In this document: piece by piece, positions 1 through 20,593 of the stretch
How the letters are laid out: every line of letters begins with the position of its first letter
Numbering within the stretch: position 1 is the stretch's first letter
Origin: the human T2T-CHM13v2.0 reference genome, Homo sapiens
Assembly (NCBI RefSeq): GCF_009914755.1
Contig: NC_060925.1
Length of the DNA: 64,000 nt
Strand: one strand, 5' to 3'
Notes under the pieces: generated by a model
What the model saw: the letters and a program-made list of their open reading frames with translations, nothing else
Databases searched by the model: none
What the model was told of the DNA's origin: nothing
Position numbers and translations under genes: made by a program

Positions 1-2
1 TG

Positions 3-293
<291 letters not shown>

Positions 294-379
294 TAATGCT
301 ATCCCTCCCCCCTCCCCCCACCCCACAACCGTCCCCAGTGTGTGATGTTCCCCTTCCTGTGTCCATGTGTTCTCATTGT

Positions 380-4540
<4,161 letters not shown>

Positions 4541-4603
4541 TATGATGTTAGCTGGTTATTTTGCTCATTAGTTGATGCAGTTTCCTCCTAGCCTTGATGG
4601 TCT

Positions 4604-5619
4604 TTACAATTTTGCATGTTTTTGCAGTGGCTGGTACCGGTTTTTCCTTTCCATGTTTAGCGCTTCCTTCAGGAGCTGTTTTAGGGCAGGCCTGGTGATG
4701 ACAAAATCTCTCAGCATTTGCTTGTCTGTAAAGTATTTTATTTCTCCTTCACTTATGAAGCTTAGTTTGGCTGGATATGAAATTCTGAGTTGAAAATTAT
4801 TTTCTTTAAGAATGTTGAATATTGGCCCCCACTCTCTTCTGGCTTGTAGAGTTTCTGCTGAGAGATCCGCTGTTAGTCTGATGGGCTTCCCTTTGAGGGT
4901 AACCCGACCTTTCTCTCTGGCTGCCCTCAACATTTTTTCCTTCATTTCAACTTTGGTGAATCTGACAATTATGTGTCTTGGTGTTGCCCTTCTCGAGGAG
5001 TATCTTTGTGGCATTCTCTGTATTTCCTGAATGTGAATGTTGGCCTGCCTTGCCAGATTGGGGAAGTTCTCCTGGATAATATCCTGCAGAGTGTTTTCCA
5101 ACTTGGTTCCATTCTCCCTGTCGCTTTCAGGTACACCAATCAGACGTAGATTTGGTCTTTTCACATAGTCCCATATTTCTTGGAGGCTTTGTTTGTTTCT
5201 TTTTATTCTTTTTTCTCTAAACTTCTCTTCACGCTTCATTTCATTCATTTTGTCTTCCATCACTGATACCCTTTCTTCCAGTTGATCGCATCGGTTACTG
5301 AGGCTGTGCATTCGTCATGTAGTTCTCGTGCTGTGGTTTTCAGCTCAGTCAGGTCCTTTAAGGACTTCTCTGCATTGGTTATTCTAGTTATCCATTTGTC
5401 TAATTTTTTTTCAAAGTTTTTAACTTCTTTGCCATTGGTTCGAACTTCCTCCTTTAGCTCGGAGTAGTTTGATCTTCTGAAGCCTTCTTCTCTCAGCTCG
5501 TCAAAGTCATTCTCCATCCAGCTTTGTTCCATTGCTGGTGAGGAGCTGTGTTCCTTTAGAGGAGGAGAAGCACTCTGATTTTTAGAGTTTCCGGTTTTTC
5601 TGCTCTGTTTTTTCCCCAT
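4604..5619 (-). pseudogene. L1 ORF1p, frameshifted
   Basis: MGKKQSRKTGNSKNQ... (5260-5619) and ...RPNLRLIGVPE...YQPLQKHAKL (4604-5311) lie in different frames. Confidence 0.93.
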
Positions 5620-6644
5620 CTTTGTGGTTTTATCTACCTTTGGTCTTTGATGATGGTGACTTACAGATGGGTTTTTGGTGTGGATGTCCTTTCTGTTTGT
5701 TAGTTTTCCTTCTAACAGTCAGGACCCTCAGCTGCAGGTCTGTTGGAGTTTGCTGGAGGTCTACTCCAGACCTTGTTTGCCTGGGTATCAGCAGCGGTGG
5801 CTGGAGAACAGCAGATATTGGTTAACTGCAAATGTTGCTGCCTGATCGTTCCTCTGGAAGTTTTGTCTCAGAGGAGTACCTGGCCGTGTGAGGTGTCAGT
5901 CCGCCCCTACTGGGGAGTGCCTCCCAGTTAGGCTACTTGGGGGTCAGGGACCCACTTGAGGAGGCAGTCTGCCCGTTCTCAGATCTCAAGCTGCATGCTG
6001 GGAGAACCACTACTCTCTTCAAAGCTGTCAGACAGGGACATTTAAGTCTGCAGAGGCTATTGCTGTCTTTTGTTTGTCTGTGCCCTGCCCCCAGAGGTGG
6101 AGCCTACAGAGGCAGGCAGGCCTCCTTGATCTGTGGTAGGCTCCACCCAGTTCGAGCTTCCTGACCTCTTTGTTTACCTACTCAAGCCTGGGCAATGGCG
6201 GGCACCCCTCCCGCAGCCTCACTGCCGCCTTGCAGCTTGATCTCAGACTGCTGTGCTAGCAATGAGTGAGGCTCTGTAGGCATAGGAACCTCCGAGCCAG
6301 GTGAGGAATATAATCTCCTGGTGTGCCGTTTGTTAAGCCCATTGGAAAAGTGCAGTATTGGGGTGAGAGTGACCCAATTTTCCAGGTGCCATGTGTCACC
6401 CCTTTCTTTGACTAGGAAAGGGAATTCCCTGACCCCTTGCGCTTCCTGGGTGAGGTGATGCCTCGCCCTGCTTCGGCTCATGCACGGTGCGCTGCACCCA
6501 CTGTCCTGCACCCACTGTCCAGCACTCCCCAGTGAGATGAACCCGGTACCTCAGTTGGAAATGCAGAAATCACCCGTCTTCTGCGTCGCTCACGCTGGGA
6601 GCTGTAGACTGGAGCTGTTCCTATTTGGCCATCTTGGCTCCACC
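5620..6644 (-). promoter_or_regulatory. L1 5'UTR with sense and antisense promoters
   Basis: YY1-type aagatggcc motif at the 5' end; retains the ~129-bp segment (~5749-5877) that L1PA2/L1HS lack. Confidence 0.8.
6195..6269 (+). pseudogene. L1 ORF0, truncated after 24 codons
   Basis: MAGTPPAASLPPCSLISDCCASNE* matches the recalled ORF0 N-terminus; TGA at 6267 lies at an Arg (CGA) position. Confidence 0.75.
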
Positions 6645-6795
6645 CCACACCCGGCTAATTTTTTTGTATTTTTAGTTGAGACGAGGTTTTGCCATGTGCT
6701 GGCTAGGTTGTTCTCGAACTCCTGACTTCAGGTGATCCACCTGCCTTGGCCTCCCGAAGTGCTGCGATTACAGGTCTGAGCCACTGCACCCAGCC
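6645..6795 (-). mobile_element. AluS left arm, partner of 3-168
   Basis: Antisense Alu 5' half starting at the duplicated linker. Confidence 0.92.
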
Positions 6796-6861
6796 ATTTG
6801 GGTTGTTGTAAGCCTTCAAGTTTGTGACACCTTGTTAGAGAAGCAATAGGAAACTAATACA
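6796..6861 (+). mobile_element. MLT1 (MaLR) LTR 3' end
   Basis: ttgttagagaagcaataggaaactaataca terminus. Confidence 0.7.
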
Positions 6862-7365
6862 AGTTCTATTCACTGCATCTTAAGAGAAGAAAGCTGGGCA
6901 GGTAAGGCAGGGACAGTTTGTTGATTCCTTATTTAATAAGTAGCTATTGAGCACCCCTCCTCACTTTTTTGGTGGAACAGTGTGTAGTAATATGAGGTAA
7001 AGAACATAATTTGTGCTCTCAGAAGCTTACTAGTTAGCAGCTACAGCTATGGCTAGTGAATGGCCAGCCTTGAATTCAAGGGGGTAGGATTTGCACCTGA
7101 CTCGAGACCAATGCTTAGACTTCCAGATGCAACAGCTGGGAGCCTCCTTCCAGGATTTGATCTCAACACAGACAAGAGTGTTTATTCACTCATTTATTAG
7201 TTGACTCAACCACCATTTAGTGTATACGTTGATATATCCATTTTAGCAAAGAAAACAGGGAGGACATGAAAGGGGAACTTTTACATCTTAATGTAATTTT
7301 TTTAAAAAAGCAGTAGGATTAAGTGTGTGTGTGTAATTTAATTTGAAGATTTCCAGTATTTTTTC

Positions 7366-7725
7366 ATGTTTTAATTAATTGTTTTGAGACAAGGTCTCAC
7401 TGTCTCACCCAGGCTAGAGTGCACAGGTAAAATCATAGCTCACTGTAGCCTCAATCTCCTGGCCTCAAGTAGAATCTCCCACCTTAGCCTCCCAAATAGC
7501 TATGACTACAGGCATGTGCCACCACACCCAGGCAATTTATTTTATTTTATTTTTTTATTTTAGAAAAGGGTTCTCACTGTGTTTCCCAGGCTGATCATGA
7601 TCTCTTGGCATCAAGCAGTCCTCCCACCTCAGCCTCCAAAGTGCTGGGATTACAGGTCATCAAGCAGTCCTCCAGCCTCAGCCTCCAAAGTGCTGGGATT
7701 ACAGGTGTGTGCCATGGCATCCAGC
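7366..7725 (-). mobile_element. AluJ with an internal ~49-bp tandem duplication
   Basis: Diverged Alu; catcaagcagtcctcc...ggattacaggt repeated at 7609 and 7658; TSD ccagtatttttt at 7353 and 7726. Confidence 0.88.
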
Positions 7726-7756
7726 CCAGTATTTTTTTTTTTTTTTAATTAAAAAA

Positions 7757-8046
<290 letters not shown>

Positions 8047-8064
8047 GGAAATATTTTCCGAAAG

Positions 8065-8310
8065 CTAGTCTGAGCCAGGCAGTATGAAAGACACTGAAGA
8101 TAAAAGAGCAGTCTTGAACTCTACACACTTACAGCTAAATAGGAGTGACAAGTGAACAGGGGATTGCCCCACCTGAAGCTCCTGTGACCAGAGAGAGAAA
8201 CAAGGTTTCTGTGGAGGCCCAGAGGGGTCCTTCAACCCTGCTTGGAGGACAGTACTGGGGTGGAGAGGGTCAAGTAGAGATTCCCAAAAGTAACATCTCA
8301 ACTGAGCAGT
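8065..8310 (-). mobile_element. L2 fragment
   Basis: Degenerate similarity to an antisense L2 3' region. Confidence 0.45.
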
Positions 8311-8739
8311 CTGATCCTTAGCAAGGTTCGGGCCCTTTGGCCTTGCCTACCCTGGCCTTGGTTGTTTTGCTAACCAGAGCCAGCTGTGTTGTGGGTGTCT
8401 TTTCCTCTCTCCTGGTGTCCCCGCCTGGACCCTTCACTCTTTGCCTCCCACGCCCTGGCATTACACAGGCATTTTCAGACCCTTTCCCAGGATTCTGTTT
8501 ATAGCCAGCATCCTGTGCAGCTCATGAGGAGTCATAAGCCCATGATGAGATAAGAGGAGGAACTTGGAAGAAAACATGATGAACATGGACAAAGCCAAGG
8601 GGAAAAATATGCATGTTTTCATTTGCTTTTCCCAAACAGGATGCTTTCACACCACTGTCTATAATTCAAACAGTATGTTTCTGCTTAACATACTGTGAAG
8701 ATGTGAAGCCACATGAGAAATGTTCTCCCAAGATGGAGT

Positions 8740-8950
8740 TAGTGTCCCTCCTGGAGCTCCCTCAGCACCCTGTGCTCCCACATTTCAAAGGATCACTCAC
8801 ACCCTAGCCCATTTCCTCACTGTCTAATGTTCTCCACAGACCCCTAAGATCCTTCTAGAGCCATGACCAGCCTTGCTTGAGGTTGTATGGCATATACCCT
8901 GTGCACAGTGAATGCTGAATAAATAACTGCTCCGTTGAACTGAATAGAAT
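8740..8950 (+). mobile_element. L2 3' end
   Basis: gtgcacagtgaatgctgaataaata...gttgaactgaat terminus. Confidence 0.55.
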
Positions 8951-10887
8951 AAAACAGCATAGATACTAGTTTGGTCAAATTTTAAAACATCAGAACTTCA
9001 ACTCTCATTTTGGAAGGTGGGGATGTGATTAAAATTCAATTTTAATTGATTATTTCTCAGAAAACATAAAAATGTTCCTACAATTCTCAAATAGCTATTT
9101 ACCAATTTCATTTTCAACCTGATTTGACACTCTGATGAGGGGGGAAGGTTGAGTACATCATAAAAACTTCAGTTTACCTCTAACTTGTGATTGTGTGTGA
9201 AGAAAGAGCACAGGATATAGAAGAGGGAAAAATGCTTTGAAAACTCTAAAAGTGGGTTGCAAATGTTAGTTTGTTTTCACACAATGGACACAAAAATCGC
9301 CCGTGCATTCAGTCACTTGCAGACTGAAGCAAACAGCTGTATTTGGATGAGGCAGAGGAATGGTGGGAGGAACTGTTTCTTGTTGCACTGAGCATTCAGT
9401 TGTTCTGGGCTTTGCCCAAGGAAAAACAGATGGTTTTCCTTGCTGGAATTGGTCAGGGAGGGCAGGGGAAGTGCCCAGGCTTTGCTTTCCCATAATTGAC
9501 AGTACAGAGTTTTAAGAAATATTTGAACAGTAGCACTGTTCTGGTACCTACTTGGGAAAGCCAATTCTTGATTTTAAAAAATCAAATCAAAGCAGTGACA
9601 GTGACATATTCTGCTTCCATTTCATACCATTCCTGACTTCTTAGAAGCAGTTGATGCTAGTGGTCTTCTCTGGCAGGGATTGCTAGCCCTGGCTTTGCAG
9701 CAGCCCATGGAGCTGCCAGTTCTCCAGGGTAATTGCAAAATACTGCTAAGTATTCTAAAAATGAAATTAAATATTCATTTTATTTTAATTTACATGTGCC
9801 ATCCAATACTTTTAGAAGATGTCAGTACCATGGAATGACATGACCAACAATAATATGTTGCAACTCTGAGATACAGCTAGAAATTCTCCGAATAAGATGC
9901 TGATGGTCCTGCAGTCCAATGCTGTGTGATTTTCACTGTGGCCAGCTATACAAGACTTAGCGTATACTTCTCTCTGTGTAACTGTAAAAAATTTTGTAAG
10001 TCTAAGAGGGTAATATATTCTTTCATAAAACCTCAATCTAGTGAGTTCTAATCATTCTTGATCTTTCTCAAATAAATACTAGTCAAATCTTTCCCAATAA
10101 CTAAGTAACTAAGCATTCACGTTTTACAACTGTAATGTAGTTTTGGTATGAGAAAACTATTTCCTGGTCTCCAGGATCTAGAAAGTAAACATGTAACAAA
10201 CAATTAGGAATGTGGTATCGGGTAGTCAGATGTTCTACACGTCTCCAGCCTAAGCTGTCCACTTCGGATTTCTTGCTCTTTTCCTTTTTGCTTAAGCATA
10301 TCTTGGTATGTTGCCTGGAAGTTTATGTGTGTTACTACAGCAGAACAAAGAATTATGTAATATAAAGCCCAACTTGTTTTTCTTTTCCCTACCAGCTGTA
10401 CTATAACTTAGACAAAACTCAACCATTTTCTTTCATTATGTACAGTGGCTATTAAAAAGAAAGGATGTAGAAAAATTTTTTTCAGGAAACAGTGGAAAAC
10501 TAATGCGTCATGATCTGCTTAACAGGGGACTGTAAATAGAAGCAAGTCCAGATCATGGAAATTGCTTCTTTAAAATATTTTTTTTCAATTTTAAAAGGAA
10601 TACATTCACATGGTTTAAAAAAACCCCTCAAACTAAAGAAGAATACAGAATAAGAAGTAAAAGTTCTACCCTCCAACCTACTACCCCAACTCCTGAATCC
10701 CACTGCCAAGAGAAACAGTCATTTGTTGTGCATCTTTCTAGAAGAATTCTATGCATATTACAGAGGTGTCACAAATACCCACATGCTTTCTTCCCTTACA
10801 AGCTCTGTGACTTGATTTTTCTCTTTACTGTGCTTTAAGCATCTTTGCATATTAGTAAACATATACACCTCAGTTAAAAAAAATCAA

Positions 10888-11016
10888 CAGCTGGGTGTAG
10901 TGGTGCATACCTGTAGTCCCAGCAATTTGGGAGGCAGAGAGGCAGGAAGATCCCCTGAGCCCAGGAATTCTAATCTACCCTGGGCATCTTGGCAAGACCC
11001 TGTCTCTTAAGAAAAA
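10888..11016 (+). mobile_element. Alu monomer (FLAM-like)
   Basis: Single monomer ending gaccctgtctcttaagaaaaaa; aaaaaaatcaa repeated at ~10878 and ~11292. Confidence 0.8.
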
Positions 11017-11290
11017 AACTATCGCAAGAACAAAAAACCAAACACCGCATATTCTCACTCATAGGTGGGAATTGAACAGTGAGATCACATGGACACAGGA
11101 AGGGGAATATCACACTCTGGCGACTGTTGTGGGGTGGGGGGAGGGGGGAGGGATAGCATCGGGGGATATACCTAATGCTAGATGACGAGTTAGTGGGTGC
11201 AGCGCACCAGCATGGCACGTGTATACATATGTAACTAACCTGCACAATGTGCACATGTACCCTAAAACTTAAAGTATAATAAAAAAAAAA
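11017..11290 (+). mobile_element. 5'-truncated L1PA2-like 3' end inserted in the FLAM tail
   Basis: gctagatgacgagttagtgggtgcagcgcaccagcatgg and cacaatgtgc (GAG, not Ta ACA); poly(A); TSD aagaaaaaaa at 11009 and 11289. Confidence 0.88.
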
Positions 11291-12668
11291 GAAAAAAATC
11301 AAAAGCTTTATAGTATTCTGTTGAGTAAGAGTATTATTATTTGTTTATACAACCTCTTTTTGGTGAACATTTGAATTGTGTTTAGATAGTTACTAATGCA
11401 AACAATACTTCCAGTGAACTTTTGTAAATATATATTTGTATATATAAGAGAATAAATCTTATACCTGCAGAGTAAATTTCTAAAAGTGAATCACTAATTC
11501 TGAGATTATGTGCATCTCCAGAGATGTTAACAAACATACACACCCAGCAACAGTGCAAGACAGTGTATTTCCCAACTGCTCCCTCACTGAGATTTTTAAA
11601 AAACATATAAATACTATTATAAGTTACCTCTGGAGTTAAAGAATAACTTTTGCTTTTTACTTTCATAGACATCTGTACTATGTAAACTTGATATAGTGAG
11701 GATGTTTTCTTTTGTAATTAAAAGATTAAAGAGATTCAGAATACTTGTTTGTAATTGGTTTTGGAATGAAATTTCACTTGGAAAATAAAGGCCTAGAATA
11801 TGAGACTATTCATCAATAGAAAACCATTGTAGGGAGCAGTTAACAGGTAAAGCTCTATTTAATAAGGGCAAGCTGATGGCAGGGAAAGGAACAGACCTTA
11901 AAAAGGACTCACCTGTGAGAATTGGAGACGGTAACCCTGTGGTATCAAAATGCAGGAGACCAGAGATAGCTATAAATCTCTTGCAGTGTTACTGCCTCCG
12001 CATGAAGTCATAATCCCTAGAATGAGAATTTATTTTTCATGATACACCGATAATGCAAGGGACAATGATCAGGAAGTACTGCACTTAGTCTTTCTTTCTC
12101 ATACCTAAAATGTTTTTCATTTTATGCTTTTTTAGAATAGAGTGTACTTACTTCCTCTCTTCCTCACATAGACTTGAAAACTCGGCGACTTTAGGATGCA
12201 ACTCCAGGTTGACACATTTTCATTAGTTTAGAAAACCCACGTGTCCCACTCTCAGAATCATTATTATAGTAGAGGAGATATTCAGGGCAAGGATTCCTTG
12301 GGAAACAACATCCAGATTCAAGGGAAGACATCTGAGTCACGACAACTTAAAATCCATCCTGGCCTGCCACAAAGTGTTTCTGTAACATTAAGTACCTCAT
12401 ATGCAATTCTTGAAAAGGAAAATTATGTCAATATAACGTGAAATTTGTGAAACTCAAACATGATCATCTAGGCAAGGAGAGCTGAAATAGAAGAAATAAA
12501 ATTATAGCCTCTAATATGAAAGGAAATACTTTTAGTGTGGTTGCTGCTAAGCAGTAGTTTTTTTCAACTGTATTTAAAAAAAATAAAAAGAAGCACTTGA
12601 TTGCTGGTGATAGTGCAAGCTTGTATAAACCCAATGAAGTGAATTTAACAATACCAGCATTTACTCTT

Positions 12669-13724
<1,056 letters not shown>

Positions 13725-13840
13725 TCACAAAAAAGGAACGAAAATGGAAACAAACTAATTTCTTGCCATAGGAGAATGGTGAACTATGATATATTCACAC
13801 AGTGGAGTATGATGTACCCACAAAAAAACTGAGGAAAGCT

Positions 13841-14122
13841 GGCTGGGCATGGTGGCACACCAGCATTTTGGGATGCCAAGGAGGGAGGATGGCTTGAGCT
13901 CAGGAGTTCGAGACCAGCCTGGCCAACATGGCAAAACCCCATCTGTACTAAAAATACCAAAATTAGCCAGAGGTGGTGGCATGGGCCTGTAGTCGCAGCT
14001 ACTTGGCAGGGGCCGAGGCAGGAGGATGGCTTGAACATTGGAGGTCGAGGCTGCAGTGAACTGAGATGGCACCACTGTATTCTGGCCTGGGTGACAAAGT
14101 GAGACTCTGTCTCAGAAAAAAA
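13841..14122 (+). mobile_element. AluJ
   Basis: ggaggatggcttgag and gaggtcgaggctgcagtg J-type features. Confidence 0.87.
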
Positions 14123-16920
<2,798 letters not shown>

Positions 16921-16984
16921 TACAAATTTAATAGTATTTATATACAACAGAAGCAATTAGAAATTGAAATTTTTTATTTTAAAA

Positions 16985-17122
16985 ATTGAAATTTTTGTAT
17001 TTTAGTAGAGGTGAGGTTTCACCATGTTGGCCAGGCTGGTCTTGAACTCCTGACCTCAAGTGATTCACCCGCCTCAGCCTCCCAAAGTGCTGGGGTTACA
17101 GGCATGAGCCACTGTGTCCAGC
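16985..17122 (-). mobile_element. Alu left arm only
   Basis: Antisense 5' monomer, right arm absent. Confidence 0.85.
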
Positions 17123-17127
17123 GAAGC

Positions 17128-17502
17128 TCAACTTTTTTAGATTCACATATGAGTGAGATCATGTGGTATTTGTCTTTCTGTGTCTGGCTTATTTCACTTA
17201 ACATAGTATCCTCTAGGTTCATCTACGTTGTAGCAATTGACAGAATTTCCTTCTTTTTAAAGAGTGTATACTATTCCATTGTGTATATGTACCCCATTTT
17301 CTTTATCTATTCATCTGTTGATGGACAGTTAAGTTGGTTTCATAGCTGGGTTATTGTGAATAATGCTGCAGTGAACATGGGAGTGCAGATATCTCTTCAC
17401 CATTCTGATTTCATATCCTTTGGATATATACTCAGTGGTAAGATTGCTGGCTCATATGGTAGTTTTGTTTTTAATTTTGTGAGGGACCTTCATACTGTTT
17501 TT
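17128..17502 (-). mobile_element. L1MA-type 3' region, host of the HERV-W insertion
   Basis: Antisense L1M 3' sequence that resumes in register after 32498. Confidence 0.8.
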
Positions 17503-17527
17503 TTGTTTTGTTTTGTTTTTGTTTTTT

Positions 17528-17852
17528 TGCAGTTGCAAGATTTAATAGAGTGAAAACAGAGCTCTCATAAAATGGGAGGGGACCCAAAGGGGGTTGCCGT
17601 TGCTGGCTCAAATGCCTGGGCTTGTATCCTGATCATTGTCCCTCCCCTGTGCTCTCAGGCGATAGATGACTGGCTATTTCTTTACCTCCTGTTTTTGCCT
17701 AATTAGCATTTTAGTGAGCTCTCTTTACTACCTTACTGGTTGGGTGTGAGCTAAGTTGCAAGCCCCGTGTTTAAAGGTGGATGTGGTCACCTTCCCAGCT
17801 AGGCTTAGGGATTCTTAGTCAGCCTAGGAAACCCAGCTAGTCCTGTCTCTCA
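17528..17852 (-). mobile_element. LTR17 U3-R (3' LTR ending at the poly(A) site)
   Basis: Sense tgagagacaggactagctgg...ctctattaaatcttgcaactgca with ATTAAA signal; PPT immediately upstream. Confidence 0.92.
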
Positions 17853-20593
17853 GTCCCCCCTCTCAACAGGAAAATGCAAGCGCTGTTGGGGAGGTTGGCC
17901 GATGACCGCTGTAACTGCTTCCTGCTGAATTGGGGCATAGTGGGGGTCGTGCAGTTGAGATTTCCTCAGGAAGGGTGCCTTTGATGTCATCAACATTGGA
18001 GCATGGGCTAGCAGGCTGGTCCAGGGGTCTGCGGTAGATCTTAGTCATGGACTACATCTGGGGCTCCATTTGAAGATTTGTAGTTTTACAGCTTCGATTC
18101 TGGAATAGACAAACTTAACAAGGAGGTTAAAGATACAGGGATTGAAATGTGTGGCCTGAAGTTCAGGGGATTATTTCTTTGGCCCACTTCACAGGCCCTG
18201 CCTATCTGCTTCAAAGTTTTGAAAAGGCCTGGTCCAGTAAATAATAATTTGGCCATCTGATGGGTGCTATCAATGCCTAAGTGAAAGGTTAGGTGAAGGG
18301 TTTTAAGTAATTTCCATCGGTTAGCTGCAGGCAAAAGTATTTTTCCTTCTTCGGTGGCTAGCCATCCTGAGGGGAGGAAACTATGTCCTTGTGAGGTTCC
18401 CCATTCTATTTCTCCTGCTGAGTACTGGAGCTTGGTTTCCCGGAGGGGATTACCCCATACTAGGTGTCCTTCTATAAGCATTTCTAATGGAGGGTCCTGC
18501 ATTGCGGCTCTTTTGGCTTCAATATCCGCTTGGCAGTTCCCTTCTATTTCCCTTTCCTTTCCTTTCTGATGACCCTGTCAGTGTAAGACTGCCACCTCTT
18601 TAGGTTTCTGTACAGCCAATAATAATCTCCTAATGGCTTCCTGATGTTTGATAGGTGTTCCCTCGGAAGTTAGGAATTCCTTTTCTCTCCATATTGCTGT
18701 GTGGGCATGGAGGACTAGGTAAGCATACTTAGAGTCTGTATATATATTTACCCTTTTTCTTTCTCCTAATTCTAGTGCCTGAATGAGGGCTATTAGTTCT
18801 GCCAGCTGAGCGCTAGTTCCTGAAGTGAGGGGATTACTTTCAAGTACTCCATTATCACTGACCACTGCATACCCCACTTTTAGAAGTCCTTTTTCTACAA
18901 AGGAACTTCCATCAGTATACAAGTTGAGGTCAGGATCAGTCAAGGAAACCTCTAGAAGGTCCCCTCGAGTGGCATAGGTTTGAGCAATCATCTGTTAACA
19001 GTTATGTTCTATCTTTCCTTTATTGTCTAGAAGAAATGTGGCTGGGTTAAGAGTTGCACAAGTGCACAGTTGCAGCACTGGCCCTTCAGGTAATAGAGCC
19101 TGATATTTTAGCAAACGGTTGTCTGACAGCCACAAGTTTCCTTTAGCAGTCAGTATGCCATTTACATCATGAGATGTCCACACAGTAAGATCTCTTCCCT
19201 GTATTATTTTAACTGCTTCAGATACTAAGACTGCTACTGCCGCCACTACCCGTAAACAGTGAGGCCAACCCTTTGCCGCTACATCAGTTTCCTTACTCAG
19301 GTATGCCACGGGTTGCAAGCTGGTCCCTCGGACCTGTGTAAGGACTCCTAGATCTATTCCTTTTTTTTCTGTGACATATAAAGAAAAGTCTTGCCCCGTT
19401 GGCAAGCTTAACACTAGGGCTTGGGTTAGGGCCTTCTTTAGGGCCTGGAAAGCCACTTCTGCTTCAGGTGTCCATCTTACTAAATGGGTATTGGCTTTCT
19501 GAGTTTCCTTAATTAGTGTATATAATGGCCTGGCTATTTCGCCATACCTGGGAATCCATATTCGGCAGAAGCCTGTTATGCCAAGGAACCCTCTTGGTTG
19601 CTTTAAGGTTTTGGGATGAGGATAAGCCAGTATAGACTGGATACATTCCTCACTGAGGGCCCTGGTGCCTTTGGATAATTTTAGCCCTAAGTATTTAACC
19701 TGCTGTGAGCAGAGCTGAGCCTTTGGTTTGGAAACCGTGTAGCCATGGAAAGGAAATTTGGCGAGGAAATTTAAGAGCGCTTGGGTGGCTTGATGGCATA
19801 AGGTTTCTGAACGGGTGGCTAAAAGTAAATCATCCACTTATCAAAGGACAAGAGTGTCCAGGTATTAGAACTGGCTCAAGTCTTGGGCTAATGCCTGGCC
19901 AAATAGATGGGGGCTATCCCTGAACTCTTGGGGTAAAACAGTCCAGGTGGGTTGAGACGTTGAGTTCGAAGGATCTTCAAAGGCAAACAAGAATCGACAG
20001 TCAGGATGTACAGGTATGCAGAAAAAGGTATCCTTAAGGTCCAGGACTGTAAACCACTCTGCTTCCTCTGGTATTTGGGAAAGCAGAGTATAAGGGTTAG
20101 GTACAGCTGGGTATAGAGGGACAACAGCCTCATTGGTAATCCTGAGATCTTGCACTAACCTCCACTGTCCGTTAGGTTTCTGTACTCCTAAAATTGGAGT
20201 ATTGCAGGGGCTATTGCATGGTTTTACTAGGCTTTGGGCTTTTAGGTCCTTAACAATCTTTTGGAGTCCTTGTTGGGCCTTGTGTCTAAGGCAGTACTGC
20301 CTTTGGTAGGGAAAGGAGGTGGAATCCTTTAACTTGAACAGGATGGGCATTCTTTGCTCATCCATATTGTCCTTCTGTTGCCCAGACTTCAGGATTAATT
20401 TTTTCCTCAAGCAGGGGACAACAAATGGGTGTTCCTTCTCCTATGTTCAGGTGGATAATGGCCCCTGCTTTTGCTAGAATGTCTCTCCCTAACAAGAGAG
20501 TGAGGCTTTCAGGCATAATTAGAAAAGCATGTGAAAAGTTCCCCAGTCACAACTTAGTGGCTGGGAGAAGTATCTAGTGACTGGCTGTCCTAG
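17853..20593 (-). pseudogene. HERV-W pro/pol (RT, RNase H, start of IN) fused by deletion to the env 3' tail
   Basis: ORFs 19865-20410 (VQDLR, LPQE), 18995-19837 (DDLL), 18578-18991 (YTDGS, YTDSKY), 18086-18502 (HLGIDS); env tail from ~18150. Confidence 0.9.

Larger units (their letters stand above)
10570..11600 (-). mobile_element. Old L1ME-type 3' fragments hosting the FLAM and L1PA2
   Basis: Degenerate antisense L1M 3'UTR motifs (tggtgaacatttgaattgt, cacccagcaacagtgcaaga). Confidence 0.5.
9313..12408 (-). pseudogene. Candidate decayed coding exons, 3' cluster of an unidentified multi-exon gene
   Basis: Seven AG/GT-bounded blocks: 12408-12152, 12016-11913, 10529-10444, 10334-10121, 9981-9829, 9754-9628, 9547-9313; five of six junction phases match; 0-3 stops per block. 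Confidence 0.55.

Noticed and set aside
17011-17553. 180-aa hydrophobic ORF
   Set aside because: Antisense Alu fused to antisense L1 sequence.
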